A stretch of DNA of 64,000 nt from assembly GCA_030704615.1 (NCBI GenBank), contig CM060734.1, positions 7,874,001 through 7,938,000 on the forward strand, in the 5' to 3' direction. Numbering within the stretch: position 1 is the stretch's first letter; each line of letters begins with the position of its first letter. Shown piece by piece: positions 49,857 to 63,129 of the stretch. A model generated the notes under the pieces. It ran no database searches. It saw only the letters and a list, made by a program, of their open reading frames with translations, and had not been told where the DNA came from. The position numbers were made by a program, and so were the translations under genes. The stretch comes from Takakia lepidozioides (taxonomy: Eukaryota; Plantae; Bryophyta).

Positions 49857-52829
49857 GGGGTTTGGATGGTGGGTTCCCTCCCTCTCCCTCCCTCCCTCCC
49901 TCCAGATATCTATTTGGGATTTAAAATATGATTTTCTAGTTTGGAATCTATTGTTATATAACCCCCAAAATTAAAAAAAAAATCAGGGGCTCATCCGTAC
50001 TGGATGAACACCTATTGGAAAATGTGGCTTGATGTTTTTTGCCTAAAATGGATGATTACTGGACAGCCTGGTATTTTTTGAAGTATTGCTTAAAAACTAA
50101 TGAATGGCTGGTTTTTTCATCCATGTTGGATGTCATCCATAATGGATGAGTTCTTGAAAACCTACGAAAAACATCCATGCTGGATGAAATCCTGCGAAAG
50201 TAACCTACCAGCTATGACCGATTTTCCATCCAAACTGGATGAAATCGCGGGGAAGCAGGATTGGTTCACCTCTCTAAACCTAAACAGCCCGACGGTTGGG
50301 CTTCTGTGTTTCCTGGAGCTGTGCGATGGTGGATTCACGGCGCGATGGCGGCCAGACAGGAAGAAATCACGGGGAGGTTATGCATGATCACTTCTCTAAC
50401 TCTAAACAGCCCGACACTTTGGCGTTTTAATTTCTTGGATATGTGTGATGGCGGCCTGAGAACGCAGAGGCATGATCCCCGCGTTGGTAATCCCCTTAGG
50501 AGGTGTGACTATGGTTGATCTTAACGCTCCCCTGCTGGTATTTTCACGCCACTAGCGGGCAGACAAGCTGCTGCCGCGATCTGTGGAGAATCCTTCTTTC
50601 TTTGTGTTTTCTGCAGCGGCGCCCTAACAGATCTGTGGAGGCTTGTCTGCACTCCCCTTCAAGAAAATCTATTATGTTTTGCTTTGTTGTATGCCAGATC
50701 ATGGACGCCAGGCTGAAGAGCTCTCTAGTTCCATTAATTTTGAAAAAATTTGGTTGATTCTGCTTCTGCTTTTTGCTTGGTCTCTTTGTTTGCTTTATAA
50801 CTCAGTTTTGATATGGATAGCAACTGTGAAGTCATGCCATTCACCTCGCGCATCCTCACTAACACACAAAATATTTTTTGTGTTTGTTTTTGGGACGGGC
50901 GCAGGTGAGGGACTTCACTTGAATTGATTTATGAAGCTTGCAGGGATCTAAGCATTGTAGAGTGGATGAGTGTTGCTGCAATCGGCTGTTGCTGCACACA
51001 GCGGCTTCAAAAAATGCTTCAATGGGGATATACTTCAAACTTTGACCTTGATTTCTAGTTCTTTGAAACTGTTAAGTTTTTGAAGTATGGTCACTTGCAG
51101 GGTTTCCTAGAACACAGACAGTCTAGTGACGGCTCTATGGCTTTTATGCCAAAGACATATAGTTTGATCATGGTGGCTTTTTGACAAGGTTATGGAATGC
51201 GGTTTCCAGACCTCTATTAAATGGCTCTGGCTTTATGGAGGATCAAGCCATCTCCAGGCCTTTATTAAAATGCTTGGCTTTATTTTATTTCTTGGCTTTA
51301 TGGAGAGTCAAACCAGATTACATTCCCCCAAGCCCTTGGGGTTATGACACGGTAAAGGTTAAGTGATTCTGGATATCCTTATTGTGACCTATATGCTCTG
51401 AATGTTTCTTATGGGGTGCTGGATTACCATTTCCAGATTTGTACCTGAAGGTATCTATGCTGGAAACGGCTTTACACATGTGTATCCGTGTAAGTAAAAT
51501 GCAGCAATGCACCTGCAACGTGTGTTTATGGCTCATTTCTTTCTATGAGGGCATAAATCAAGGGTGTTGATTGTCTCCTTCAATGCTGAATGACCTGAAA
51601 GCTCAGTTTGAGACTCAGTTTTCTTAGAGGGCATGAATGATCTAGTGGCTGGCTTACAATGAGACTGCAATAAAGGGTATGCAGATCTGGTCATGCTATG
51701 TCAGATCTGTCATATGTTTTCATGACCCTTTGGCTTTATTTTTTACCTTGGCAATGCTTCGAAAGTTCTTGTGATGCACTGGTTTTGAGTCTGGTTTCTT
51801 AAGCATGCCTTAGTTATGCTATGGCCTTGGTATCGCTATGTTGTGATACATTGTCTAGCTCCAGACTTAAACCTGGTCATGGGGCAGTAAGCAGGGCCAC
51901 TTCATTTGTTTTGGCTTAGATCTCCGAACTTGAAATTGCATAACTATTTAAGCCTCAGCTTTAAAGGGCAGAATCTATGATGATGGATCTTAGAGTGTAG
52001 ATATTCTCATGTAAATGCATGATGTTAATCTGATTCTTGTCCATGCTACTAAGTTCTGGAAAACCGAATCCAGGCTTAAGAAGGTTTATAACATACAAAA
52101 CTGGTATGTTCAAATGACTCTTTGCTCAAAAAGACACTTGATACAAGTTCATATGGGTAAGGCATTGAAAAGATTCTTACTTCAATTGTTTGAGACTCAA
52201 GGGCATGAATCTATGGTGACGGATTTCTTCGACACCTACCTTGTTTGCAAGCTCTTAACACATGTGTATGTCTAGTGGTTCTGTCATGCCTACAAGGTAT
52301 GTAAGCTGATGCTGGAAACTATTTCATAACTGCTCATGGCATAGGACTGTTTTCTTATGAAAAGAAGACTTTGAATTGAAGACTTTCTCGGGCAGCCCTC
52401 TCAGATCCAACTGAGCTGCAAATGGTATAAAGCAAGGGGGTTGATGGTCTCTTTCAATGATGAATGGCCTTTAAAAAAAAAAACCCCCCCACCCTCCCAC
52501 CCTGAGATTTCATGTGCTCTGAAATCTACAGTTCAATCATTTGAGGAGATGTGCATGGAAGGAGGTGTTAGATGGTGCCATGTAAAGGGCTGATGATGTC
52601 TTTTAATTGACAATGACCCTACTAGTCTTGTATGCGTCTTGACATGACATTAATATCTTCCCTCTCTTCTATTGACCGGTGTACTTATGTGGTGTTTGTA
52701 CACACCATCTACCCCTCTCCTTTCTTGTTCCATCTTTCTCATGTCGAGGTACTAACCTTTCTTTGGCTTTGACATAAGGGTAGCAAGTACACTCTGAACT
52801 GGAGTGATAAACTCAAAGCCAAGGGAGTT

Positions 52830-53190
52830 CTAGCAAGGGGGCACTCCAGATTGGAGTAATGGGCTCAAAGCCATGGAATACGAGTAAGGTATGATCCAGG
52901 TGTCCAACAAGAGTTTGTTGGTGATTTGAGCTTGGAGAGAAAGGCATCATAAGCACAGAGTTTCTAAGGTAGACCTGAAAGCTGATATTGTGAGCTAGGC
53001 CCTGGTCAGACAGCATAATCGAGTATATGTGTACACCTTCTACATGATCCGGTCAATGTACATTACCGTTTAGCTTGTCCCCTGTAGCCGATGCCTCATG
53101 CCACTTTTAGATACCTACTGGCTCATATGCTTTTATGCTTATCTTGTATGTGGCCTCGCCCTTTGTAGCACCACTAAAAATTGCCCAAGT
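52830..53190 (-). repeat. Inverted homolog of 44180-44560
   Basis: Matches the reverse complement of 44180-44560 by eye. Confidence 0.8.
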
Positions 53191-56100
53191 GTAATATATG
53201 GCTGGAATAGACCGGTGAATCAGTCATACAATGTGGTGATTTCACTGGCTTCTCCCATTATGTATCTTTCCAACAGCGTTGATACGGCTTGGAAAGAGTG
53301 TCACGTACTGATTCATACCCTTGGAAAATTGATTCTGAAACCAGTAAGTTGACTCACATCATGATAAGGTTCCTCGAACAAGGATCCTTCCCTGGTTAAA
53401 TTTGGAAATGATGTGCAGCAATTTGCTGCCATTGGTTGAAGAACACTTATAATTTCTATGCTCATGCCTGTCCACTTGTGTGAAGGCTATGTCGGCAAGC
53501 TAAAAGGTAACCTAGAAACTGATCAGTACTCTGTTTTGCCTAGCATGATTTATGCTTCACCATTGTTCATTCTTGGTCTGGGAGGAGAGATTGTAGGCCT
53601 TTTATCCTTTTGGTATTTAAAGTCCACGGATAAAACTACAATGTAGAGGGAGAGCTTTACGAGAATGGGAATAGTCCTCCAAAGAATTCCAAATAGTCCT
53701 CCAAATGGTCCTCCAAGGACCCCAAATAGATGCGTTCTTCAGCGCAGTGAATAAATAAGTTGAGGGAGACTAAGAAATGTGTGGACAAAACTGAATAATT
53801 AGGGGCAAAGATAAGTAAGAAATTTTGGCAAAGGGTAGGAAGCAGAAAGAGAGACCTTGAGAGTACTTATTGACTGTGCTGGCCTTGACAATGATCTAAT
53901 TTGAAGCCCCTGCACGTCTGCGTTGGACTCTTGTAGCAGTCCGGGGTTTTCACTCACCGGGGTGCGTGGTGAATGCCACAGAATGGGTGTACACCCACAG
54001 AATGGGTATACACCAAATTCTAAGTGCACATTTCCATCTTCACCATTCACCCCGTTCTCTTGAGCTTTGCATGGACGTCATAAAGTTTCTCTCTATTCAC
54101 TCAAAGTTGGATAGTAGTTTTATGGTTTGGGGTGGAGGTTGGTTGTTGGGGGCTAACTGTTGAATTCATTGTGTCTTGTCTTTCTTTCGTGACCTAAGCT
54201 CTGTGACCTCCCATGGACTCTGTACGTCTTTCTTACTCTGAGCTCCCCATGGATGTTGTAAACCTCTCTCACGCGTCTTTTCTTGCTTGGCAGCTTACCT
54301 GGATGAATCGTTCACTCTTACACAATCCCTTGAGCAGTAGGTGCTTTTGGGCTGCTTGTAGCCCCTTTCTCTTTCTTGTTTCTTACTTCCTCTTGTCCAT
54401 GGACCTTATAAAGTTCCCTATCATTTCATTTGTCCTTCTGTGGACGTTATACAATTCTTTATCTTGCTTTCTCTTGTCCCACAAGCACTTGAAGCTTTCT
54501 GCCGACATTAGAAAATACTAGTCCATAAGTACCAGTCCATTTCATTTCTGCACTAACTTGCCTCTTTCATTGAGTATGCTTGGGTGGGTCTTTGACTTAA
54601 TCCAAGCAGTTGTGATTGTGGAACTGTGACCTGGGTCGGTGACAACGGCACAGGTGAAGCGAGTGTAGAAAGAACAACAGGATTGTGCACACCGAAGGGG
54701 GCAAGTTACTAGAGCAGCATCAATGGATTGCTATAAGAAGCAGTTGTTTCGCAAACCTGGCACTGATTACGACTTCGTCACACGCATCGCTCATGTTGCA
54801 CAACAGGATTTCGAGCATTTGCAACGTGTTGAAGAAGGTGCCTTCATGAGCAGTGCCTGATTTTATCAATCGTGCCGATGCTGCTGCGGGGAACATAAGA
54901 CGTATGTCCTCTCTTCATGGCCACATTGAGGATGTCCACTCCCAATTGCTCATGGCCTCCGTTGACATTATGTAAATTCTTTTCTTGGTTTCCTTCTTTC
55001 TGTGCATCCCCGTGTCTCTGTCCTTCAGCAATGGCCTGTATTATGCTCACCTCTTGTCCATCATATCTAGGTTTCCCTCAAACTGGGCATGGGGTCTTCC
55101 CACACTTGTAAGCAGAAAGTCAAGTGGAACTAAGTGCCCCCTCTTATCGCACCTTTGAGTGAGACTGTTCTTTTATTCAAACCAGCGCCCTCTATCTGAG
55201 TTACTCCTTGATGTGACTCGATAGGATGAAAGGTTCGGCCATGCAGGCTACCTAAGAAGAGCAAGCCTGCCACTTAATAATCTCCTCCATTAAGGGACAT
55301 GACAAAGACATGGCACAATAAGATGCCATAATTCCTTCTTATGTTTGATGAAAACCCTTTCATATCTGAAAGTCTTAGGATGAGTCACGTCGTCTAAGAC
55401 TTCTTTTCCTGGCATTTCTTAAACTCGATTCCAAGAAGGCTTACAGTTGGCCATCTCTTTCTCACTTCTGTAAATGGTTTGAGTTTTGTCGATGGGATAC
55501 AAAGTGGAGCCTCAGAGGAAAGGGCCATATATTGCTTACCAGATCCTCCAATGATGAAAAACGTCTGTCGTCTCCTTCACTTGGCATGCAAGTGCTCAAA
55601 CAGAAATCTAGAAAAGGTCACCTGAAAGTATACAGCAAAACAGAGTCAGGCATGTTTTTCGCCAAAGAGGTGTTGCAGAGTTTTGAAGTCTCACTCTGCA
55701 TCCGAGCAACAAGAAGCCCATGAGAAAGAAGCTTCCAACTGTTGCATATGTACTCTATGACACAAAATTGACCTTTTTTGGACAACATAATTGTCAATAG
55801 AGTTCGAATGTATGCAAGGCAGCAGGATTGAGGCTGTACAAGTACGGGCCTACTAAAATGCTGAGGCACAACAACCACTTACATGCCCATGTGGCTGTAG
55901 AAGGACAGTTTATGAGTCCATGGGAAGCTCAGACACCTTACTGGATAAGGAAATCAGAAAAACTGGCGAGTACAATTGGCTTTGACAGAGAAAAAAACAG
56001 AATAATGATGTACTTGATTTGTTGCAAGGTATATCCTGTGAGGATTGTTTGGTGGTGGGCTTTTGCTTCTTTCCTGCAGCCTGCCTTCTGCTGGCACAGT

Positions 56101-57613
56101 TCGCGTGACAGTGGAGACACCGTCAACAAATTTTGTCCGGAAGATGACATTCGCATTGTTGAACATGCTCTCTCTCGAGGACACCACAATAAACTGTCAT
56201 TCACAACACAATCACCTTTTAGGAAGGGCAGATTACACATTCACCTTCCCCACTAATGGCTACAAAGGGCATGGATCCATTTTTCTATAACAAGGTCATG
56301 GGTTGGTGTATGATACACATACCTGAGATTGGGGAAAGCGAGCTTTGATCATACGACCAATGTTGTGCGTGTGGCTGAGATCAAGATCTGCATCAACCCA
56401 CCAGACAACAAGCCAAATATAACACTGCAACCGTTTTTTTCTTCCTCTTGGTTGAGCTTGCCTGTCATCATTGTTTCTGTCAGCTCTTATCACTCGTGAA
56501 GATGATGGCGTTGTCAGTAAATGCCACTCACTGGGTTGGAGGACTTCTGAAACCTAGACAATTCTTTTTCATTGCCATATATGTAATAGAACAGGAACAA
56601 AAAGCTCTAAAAATCACCTCATCAATAGAGTAAGAAAGCTTTTTTGGTCATAATGGTGATGGAGGCCGTAATGATCCTTAACAGATTCCTCTGCTTGTAT
56701 CATTTGTACATATAGAAATAAATTGTCTACATACACTGCTATGGATCGACTGGACTGCATCGACTGGACTGCTTGTTGTAGGTTTGCATTATAATTGGAG
56801 TTTCCACGATGAGTTGCAAGATCTCGTGACCTGCCCTTGCAGGTTGCATGAACTTTTAAGCTAGTGGGTGTCAAATTGGCATTGCAAGGTGCATCAGTCC
56901 TGCATGCATCCTAATGGAGTCATTGGGTAATTCAAATAGGGGATTGCAAAAATGTATACTGTAGCACTCGCATCTTCGAGACGCATGAAGCTGAGATTGG
57001 CTCTTGCCGTGTTCACTTGTCTTTGGGCAATGGGTGCATTCTCCACTGGGGCACTCCGGCGGATGGAGAGTCACCTTTGCGGAAACGAGCCCACATTGGT
57101 GCTGGGATGGGCTTATCAGTTCTTTACCAAAAATGCAAGCTCCTGCTATGGGGACCTGGTAAGTGCTTCTTCATCTTGTACTGTGGTGGTTGTTTTTGCA
57201 TGGCACTTGTGCTGCAAGGGGCAGAGCCATTCATTTGGCTGGAGGTTCAATTCCTCCGCAAATGAGCTATTCCTTTGTCACGGCAATCCCACATGTGCCC
57301 AACGAAGGAGTTGCTGAATTTGCTGCTTTGAGGGGTCTTGCTTTGTGCGTGTAGAATTCATGGTGGGGGGGGGATCCACATGAACCAACATGACACAGTA
57401 CGGTTGGGCTCACAACTAAGACCAATGCACGGCTCTTGAGAGCTGTTTTGTTGCTATGACAGTGTGGACAACATCCCTGGACATAAATGACTATTCATTG
57501 TTTCCCCCTTTGGCAAAAGCATCCATGTAGTGCATTCGTTGTGCCCAACTGGACATCAGGATTCCTTATGACAGCTCTGGTCTAGGAGCGGGCAGGTTAA
57601 TGGAGACCAAGAT

Positions 57614-60275
57614 TCAGGTGAAATGACTGTCCGAATCTAAACTATCTTCCCCTTCACTGCCCCCATGTGCAATGCGCCTTGCGCTATTTCTCAAAGGAAC
57701 AATGTCTTCCTCGTTAAAGGCAACTGCTCCTTCCAAAGAGACCGGTTCGGCCGTGTTGGGTAGATTTCGTGGTTCCCTCAAACCCTCAAAGTCCGCATTC
57801 TCCCCAAGGTCCACCTCGTTCACGTCGGCCACGACTCGCCTGGCCCGGGGGTCTTTGCAAAGAACCACCTTCCATCCCGGCGCATGAGCATCTGAAAAGA
57901 AAACTTGCTCTACTTGGGATGGGAAACATAATGGCTCTTCCTTTGGTGGTAGCATCCTTCTGAAATCAACTAGAAGGAACCCGTACTCATCCCGCTTCAT
58001 GGTCGCATTCTCTCCCACCATGTTGGCTCTCACCCAAGAACAACGGAAAACAAACAATTGGCTGCACAAGACCATAGTCCAGTTTCAGGATTTCCTTGAT
58101 GACTCCTACATATTGTAGAGGGCATGAAATGGGATTCCGATCTCGTGCACAGCTCCTACTCTGCTGCTCGAAAACAGAAGCCACGCCGCTGTCATAAGTC
58201 ACGAAGAGGCGGGTGTTGGCATCGTCCACTCTATAATGATTGCCATATGCTTTCATTGACTGGTACGAAGTGGCAACCAGCCCCGGGGGGAACGACAAAC
58301 TCACCATGTCCGCATGTTCAGGCTCATTCTCCGATGCGTGTGCTGCAACCGCTGATCTGACCCACACTGCAAACGGCTGCAGCTCCTCCAATGTTGTGGG
58401 GTATTCCACTGGGGATGCCCTCATCCGACCGTTTCTCCGCCATGCTCTTGCAAATGCACCCCGCTCAGCTTTCACGCGGTCCTTCTCCGCTGCGTACTTC
58501 CTTGAACAAACCAAAATCTGTTCGACAGAAGTTTAATATATCAAACTCTTATATGTTGAGACCCTTATAGTGGTATCATGTTTGTTATAGGTACATCAGT
58601 CCACCTTCACACACCGTGCGAAACATGCTTGCCCCATGCTCCCAAGCCCTTTCAAGAAAACAGTAGTGATGCAGCCTGCTACACATTCACTTACAAGTAA
58701 CATTACCAACTAAAAAAGATGTTTTGTAGTCGACTGAAGCACTCTGTTAGTACATCATGCCACTCCCATAGTGGACGAAATGACTGGTGACAGTATAGGT
58801 AATTCCAGCTTAGAAACACCATCAAGAAAAGCAGTGGAGGGATATAAGTTTGCACTCACTGTCTCCATGGTGTCATTGTGGTTCTGTTGTTTAGCACATA
58901 GTCATGTGCCACATCCCGGAGCCGAGGGGTCATGACATGCTTTGTCACACCACCTTCTAAAACCTCGCCTTGCACTCCTTCTTCCTCGTTCTCGTCCCAT
59001 ACCCGTCGTGTTGTTGCATCAAATGAAGACATGTACTCTGTCATGAACCCCAGGGCTTCGTCCCGAATGTAGCCCTCCGCCATACTCCCCTCGGGCCGTG
59101 ACTTGTTGCGTACATACCCCTTAAGGTCCTTCATGTACCTCTCTATGGGATACATCCATCGGTTGGCTAGGGGCCCACACACATGCAGCTCCTCTACGAG
59201 ATGCACTAGCAAGTGCGTCATGACGTCAAAGAATGATGGAGGGAATTCTTTCTCCAACAAACAAAGGGTCATAGCCACATCCTCAGGCAACAATGTAATC
59301 TCCCTTGTTCCCACACCTTCGCACATATCCTCCTAAACACTCGACTTACACGCATTATGGCCGTTCGAGGACCCAACGCCATCATACCTCGGATGCACAC
59401 AAGCAAAATCTGTTGCATCATCACATGCAGATCATGGGACTTCATCCCTAACCATTTCTTGTTCATGGCATGCTTCTAGAAAGCACCCGAGAATCCGGTT
59501 GGCACTTTCAGGGCTCCCAACGTCTTCAAGAACTGCTCTGCTCACATTTGGTGAGGACATATGGTGCTGCTAGCATGAGGCCTTTTCGAGGTCTTTGGGG
59601 ATCAGGCCTTAGCCACAAATGTGGCGTAACCCTTCGATCTCCATGTCGTGCCGTACGTTTACCGTATCCTTCTCCCCAAAGATCATCTTTAGAATGTTCT
59701 CGCACAGGTTCTTCTCACAATGCATGGGATCTAGGAGGTACCGCTGCAACAGGTCCTGCCATGCAATTTGTCCTCCCATGAGATGAACTTCCATGGGCAC
59801 AAAAAGTAGACTATGTGGCAGAAGCCGTTCATGTAACTACAATATACTTTCACCAACTGCAAGATCCACTCCACAGCGAGGTGTATGACTTCAACATCTA
59901 CTGCATAGTAGTTACACTCACTTACGAGTTCTCTTCCAGACTCCTGACAGTAAAGGTAATTCCATGAACCACAATATGAAAGAAAGTGAGTGAAGGGGGA
60001 AGGGGGGGCATGCACCTTCCAGTATGGCAAATCCCAAAGGATTGTTCGGCGCTTCACCCCATGCTCTAAGGCTGGATCCCCTCTACCTCCATCTCTCCCT
60101 CCAACCTCTATGTACGCTTCCCGTTCCATTGCATATTGCAAGGTCTCCACCGCGGTCACAGCCTTCGGTGCCACTCTCTTTTCAACACATCCATTGAAGT
60201 GCTTTTTTGCCTGACGATATGGGTGGTTTCTTGCAAGGTAAGCTCGATGCCCCAGGGGGTACTTTTGTCTCCCAA
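57614..60275 (-). mobile_element. CACTA TnpD transposase pseudogene (DUF4218 and DUF4216 regions; 5' catalytic part missing)
   Basis: 'GHRAYLARNHPYR', 'LPYWK', 'LDPMHCEKN', 'MKSHDLHVMMQQ', 'FPPSFFDVMTHLLVHL..RWMYPIERYMKDLKGYVRNKSRPEGSMAEGY', 'FPSQVEQVFF..WKVV'. Introns and frameshifts present. Confidence 0.93.
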
Positions 60276-60289
60276 CCCGCTGAGGTGAG

Positions 60290-60900
60290 ACCCCGTGACA
60301 CCCCCTCAGAAGCTCCTTTTAGTGTGAAGTCGAAACTCATTATTCTGGACCTGAACGCGATCTTGTGCCACTCTATTCCTAATTTCCAGCCCAACCCGAG
60401 GCGTGATTGGCCATGGGTCTTGACAACCAACAAGTTTGTTTTCCCAAGGCCCCAGGTCTCCGAGTTCTTAAACCTGCTTTTCCGCTATTTCTATGTTGGA
60501 ATATGGTCTTGCGCTTCAAAGGGGAATGTTGCAAACATCTTGAAAGTGGTGATGTAGGGGGTCGTGGGTTCTTCCCTGTTCGTGTGGTCACAAGAGGACT
60601 GTGACCCCTCAACAGAGCCACACCCCACAAAAGGGCCTGCCGTTCAGAACTATCATAAGAGATTGTCACGGGTGTGGTCTGAATATTCTGGCTTTAACAA
60701 AACCAACACCCTGTTAGTGGACGATTCTCCACACAAGGGGAAGGGGAACTCCCCTTTCAACATGGTTCATCCACTATCCTTTGATGTTACTGGCAATGCC
60801 AGTGAGGGGCCTGATTCAGATTACCTTCTAGAAACTGTATGGCCCTATTGCTAGGCTCTTTTTTCATCCGAGGATGTGCGTGTCTTCACAAGACAGCGGA
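60290..60900 (+). pseudogene. FCP1/SCP-like domain, copy 4; in-frame stops at 60555 and 60852
   Basis: 'KLIILDLNAILC..FVFPRPQVSEFL..YFYVGIWSC..LFVWSQEDC..KRLSRVW..TNTLLVDDSPHK'. Confidence 0.85.
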
Positions 60901-61744
60901 AGCTGACTCCGACTGACCGCCTGAGTGCAGGCGAGCATGGGGCCACTGGGGGGGGTGCTTCTGTGCCCTGCCAGGTGAAACCAACCTGCACTGTTTGTAA
61001 CATGACATAGTAACTTGCATGTTTGATTCGTTCCCCCCTTTTGCCCTCTCACGTTTGGATGGTCTGTTTTGTTTTGAAGACACCGAAGGGGGTGGGAGCT
61101 GGCTTGGCGGAGACAGTCGTGGCTGGTGCTTCACAGACCAAAGTGCTCTAGCAGTAGTCGGGATCTGCCCTCCGCCATGACCCGGTTAGGCCGAAGGTAA
61201 TAATTCTTCCCACACTTCGTCTCCGCGATCTCCCTTGGACTACTTCCATTGATGCTGAAGCAGCCTTCGTGTGTTTTGTGCAGGTGAGATACATGCGTGG
61301 AGCCCATGTAGGCCCAGCATCGCAGCCAGAAGTGGTTCCGCAGGCATGCCCACTCACTTCTTTGATGTAGTAGCGTTTTTGTTAGTGTGTTTTTTTGCAT
61401 GAAGTTGTAGTTTGCTCCTTTGTGCACGTTCTGGCTTGCCTGATTTATGAAATTTGTATTCAGTTGCATTGTGGGAGTTCTTGAAAATCTCATCTCTCAC
61501 AACGCGAATGTTTTCGCTGCTGCAGTTGAAGACACGCGGACAACGTTCCTCGGCTGCCACCCTCAATGACGAGCCTCGGTTCAAGGTACGCACGATGACC
61601 TTGTTACTTCGTGGATTTGAAGCCCAATACTTCTTGACTTTGGAGCATTCGTGCCTCTTCATTTGAGGTTGCCCACATGCCCAAATACATCACCCTTCCT
61701 TGCTTTGTGTTGTGCTGAATGGGAGTTGATGTTGGTGTGTGCAG

Positions 61745-61935
61745 ATTTCAGATCCTGTGTTTTTGTTGAACCCCAATGACAAGCATGCAAAGGCAACCGC
61801 CGCAAAGGCGGAAGTGGTGGGATTAGATGGGGTTGACAAGTTCCATTGCAAGGACATTCGTTCCGGGTGGTACAAGGTGAAAGTCCTGGATATTATGCTT
61901 CCAAGTGTTGTCCTGCCCTACCCAAATCTTGACGA

Positions 61936-61975
<40 letters not shown>

Positions 61976-62055
61976 AGACTACACTTGCGCACGTGAAAGA
62001 CACGGTTACTCTCTGGCCAGAGAAGAGTATGAGGCCGGGTGAAGGTGTCAAGTGA
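61745..62055 (+). mobile_element. CACTA TnpA C-terminal (Tnp1/En/Spm-like) exon containing a long poly-C run
   Basis: 'AKAEVVG..FHCKDIRSGWYKVKVLDI..VVLPYP..QTTLAHVKDTVTLWP' fits the Tnp1-like pattern. Confidence 0.6.
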
Positions 62056-63129
62056 GCTTTGATGTTTGTAGTTTCTGTTGAGCGGTTCTGATACTCATAG
62101 AAGTATCACCAGATCAGTTTTTTAACATTTGGGCCATATGCACTGGCCATGACACTTTATGTAATGTGCGGAAACCATGTATATTGGCCCTTTGTCTTGT
62201 TCATACGCAGGTGACGTTGACGCTGTCTTGTCTGAATATGATATGACATTTTCCTGGCTTGTCTTGGTGTCCTTTCCTGTTATATGTGGGTTGGCGACTA
62301 TCATTTCTCTTCCATGATATTGCCTATATGATTCAATTGCGTGCCCTTGTTCATTTAATTTGTGTCTGTTCTCGTCGTTTGCGAACAACAGTGTGGGGTT
62401 CTCAATTCCCCTTGCTGGTGTGTGCATTCACCACAGTTTCAGTTTAGACTGTTTGCACAACTTACACAAATCACTACAAGTGCTTGTCTGCAGTGCTTTC
62501 CTAGTGTAGTGCAACCCATTGGCATAGTGCCAGAGAAGTCGGCAAAACAAGTGCTGAGTGGACAGAAGCACTACAACCCTTTGTACTACAAGTCATGCAG
62601 GTCACTGCAGTCCACCGCGGAGATCGCCACGCGTCGTCCCACACACTCTCCACGCGGCCTCCGTGTATTCGCCCGCACGCCCAATGGCGTGGTTATGTAG
62701 TCGACTTCCCCAGTTGGAGGTACCACTGGGCAAGAAGCATTGCAGTTATGTGGTTGACTCGCACGTGGCACTCCGGGACGGTGGCCACGTGCTTGCCGTG
62801 CTAGTCGCGGTGCGCTGCCACGTCTGCGTCCACGTCGGTGTCCACGTCCTTGTCCGCGTCCGCGTCCATGTGTCACCGCTCTCCGGTGAGTCATTCCCCT
62901 CATGCGGAGGGAAAAGTCAAAGTCAGCCCAAAAGGTCAGACGCATGGGCGGCTACCCTGGTTATGCCACGTGTTGACTCAGCAATAATCGCAATTATTGC
63001 ACCACAGTTGTTCATGCGTCTGCGTCCGCTACCACTCCAATCATTGGATGTCCGATCCAACTTTTATGTATGTTGTAACTAGTCGTCTACTACTTCAATC
63101 GATCCCATGGTTTTTGTCATTTTCGACTC

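Noticed and set aside
60207-60275. N-terminus of the FCP1-like ORF as called in the track
   Set aside because: These codons are the antisense of the TnpD 'GHRAYLARNHPYR' segment.
61938-61975. Poly-proline domain or functional G-quadruplex at long C/G runs (also ~22103, 23181, 48224, 49023)
   Set aside because: Homopolymer expansions of uncertain assembly length, with no evidence of function.
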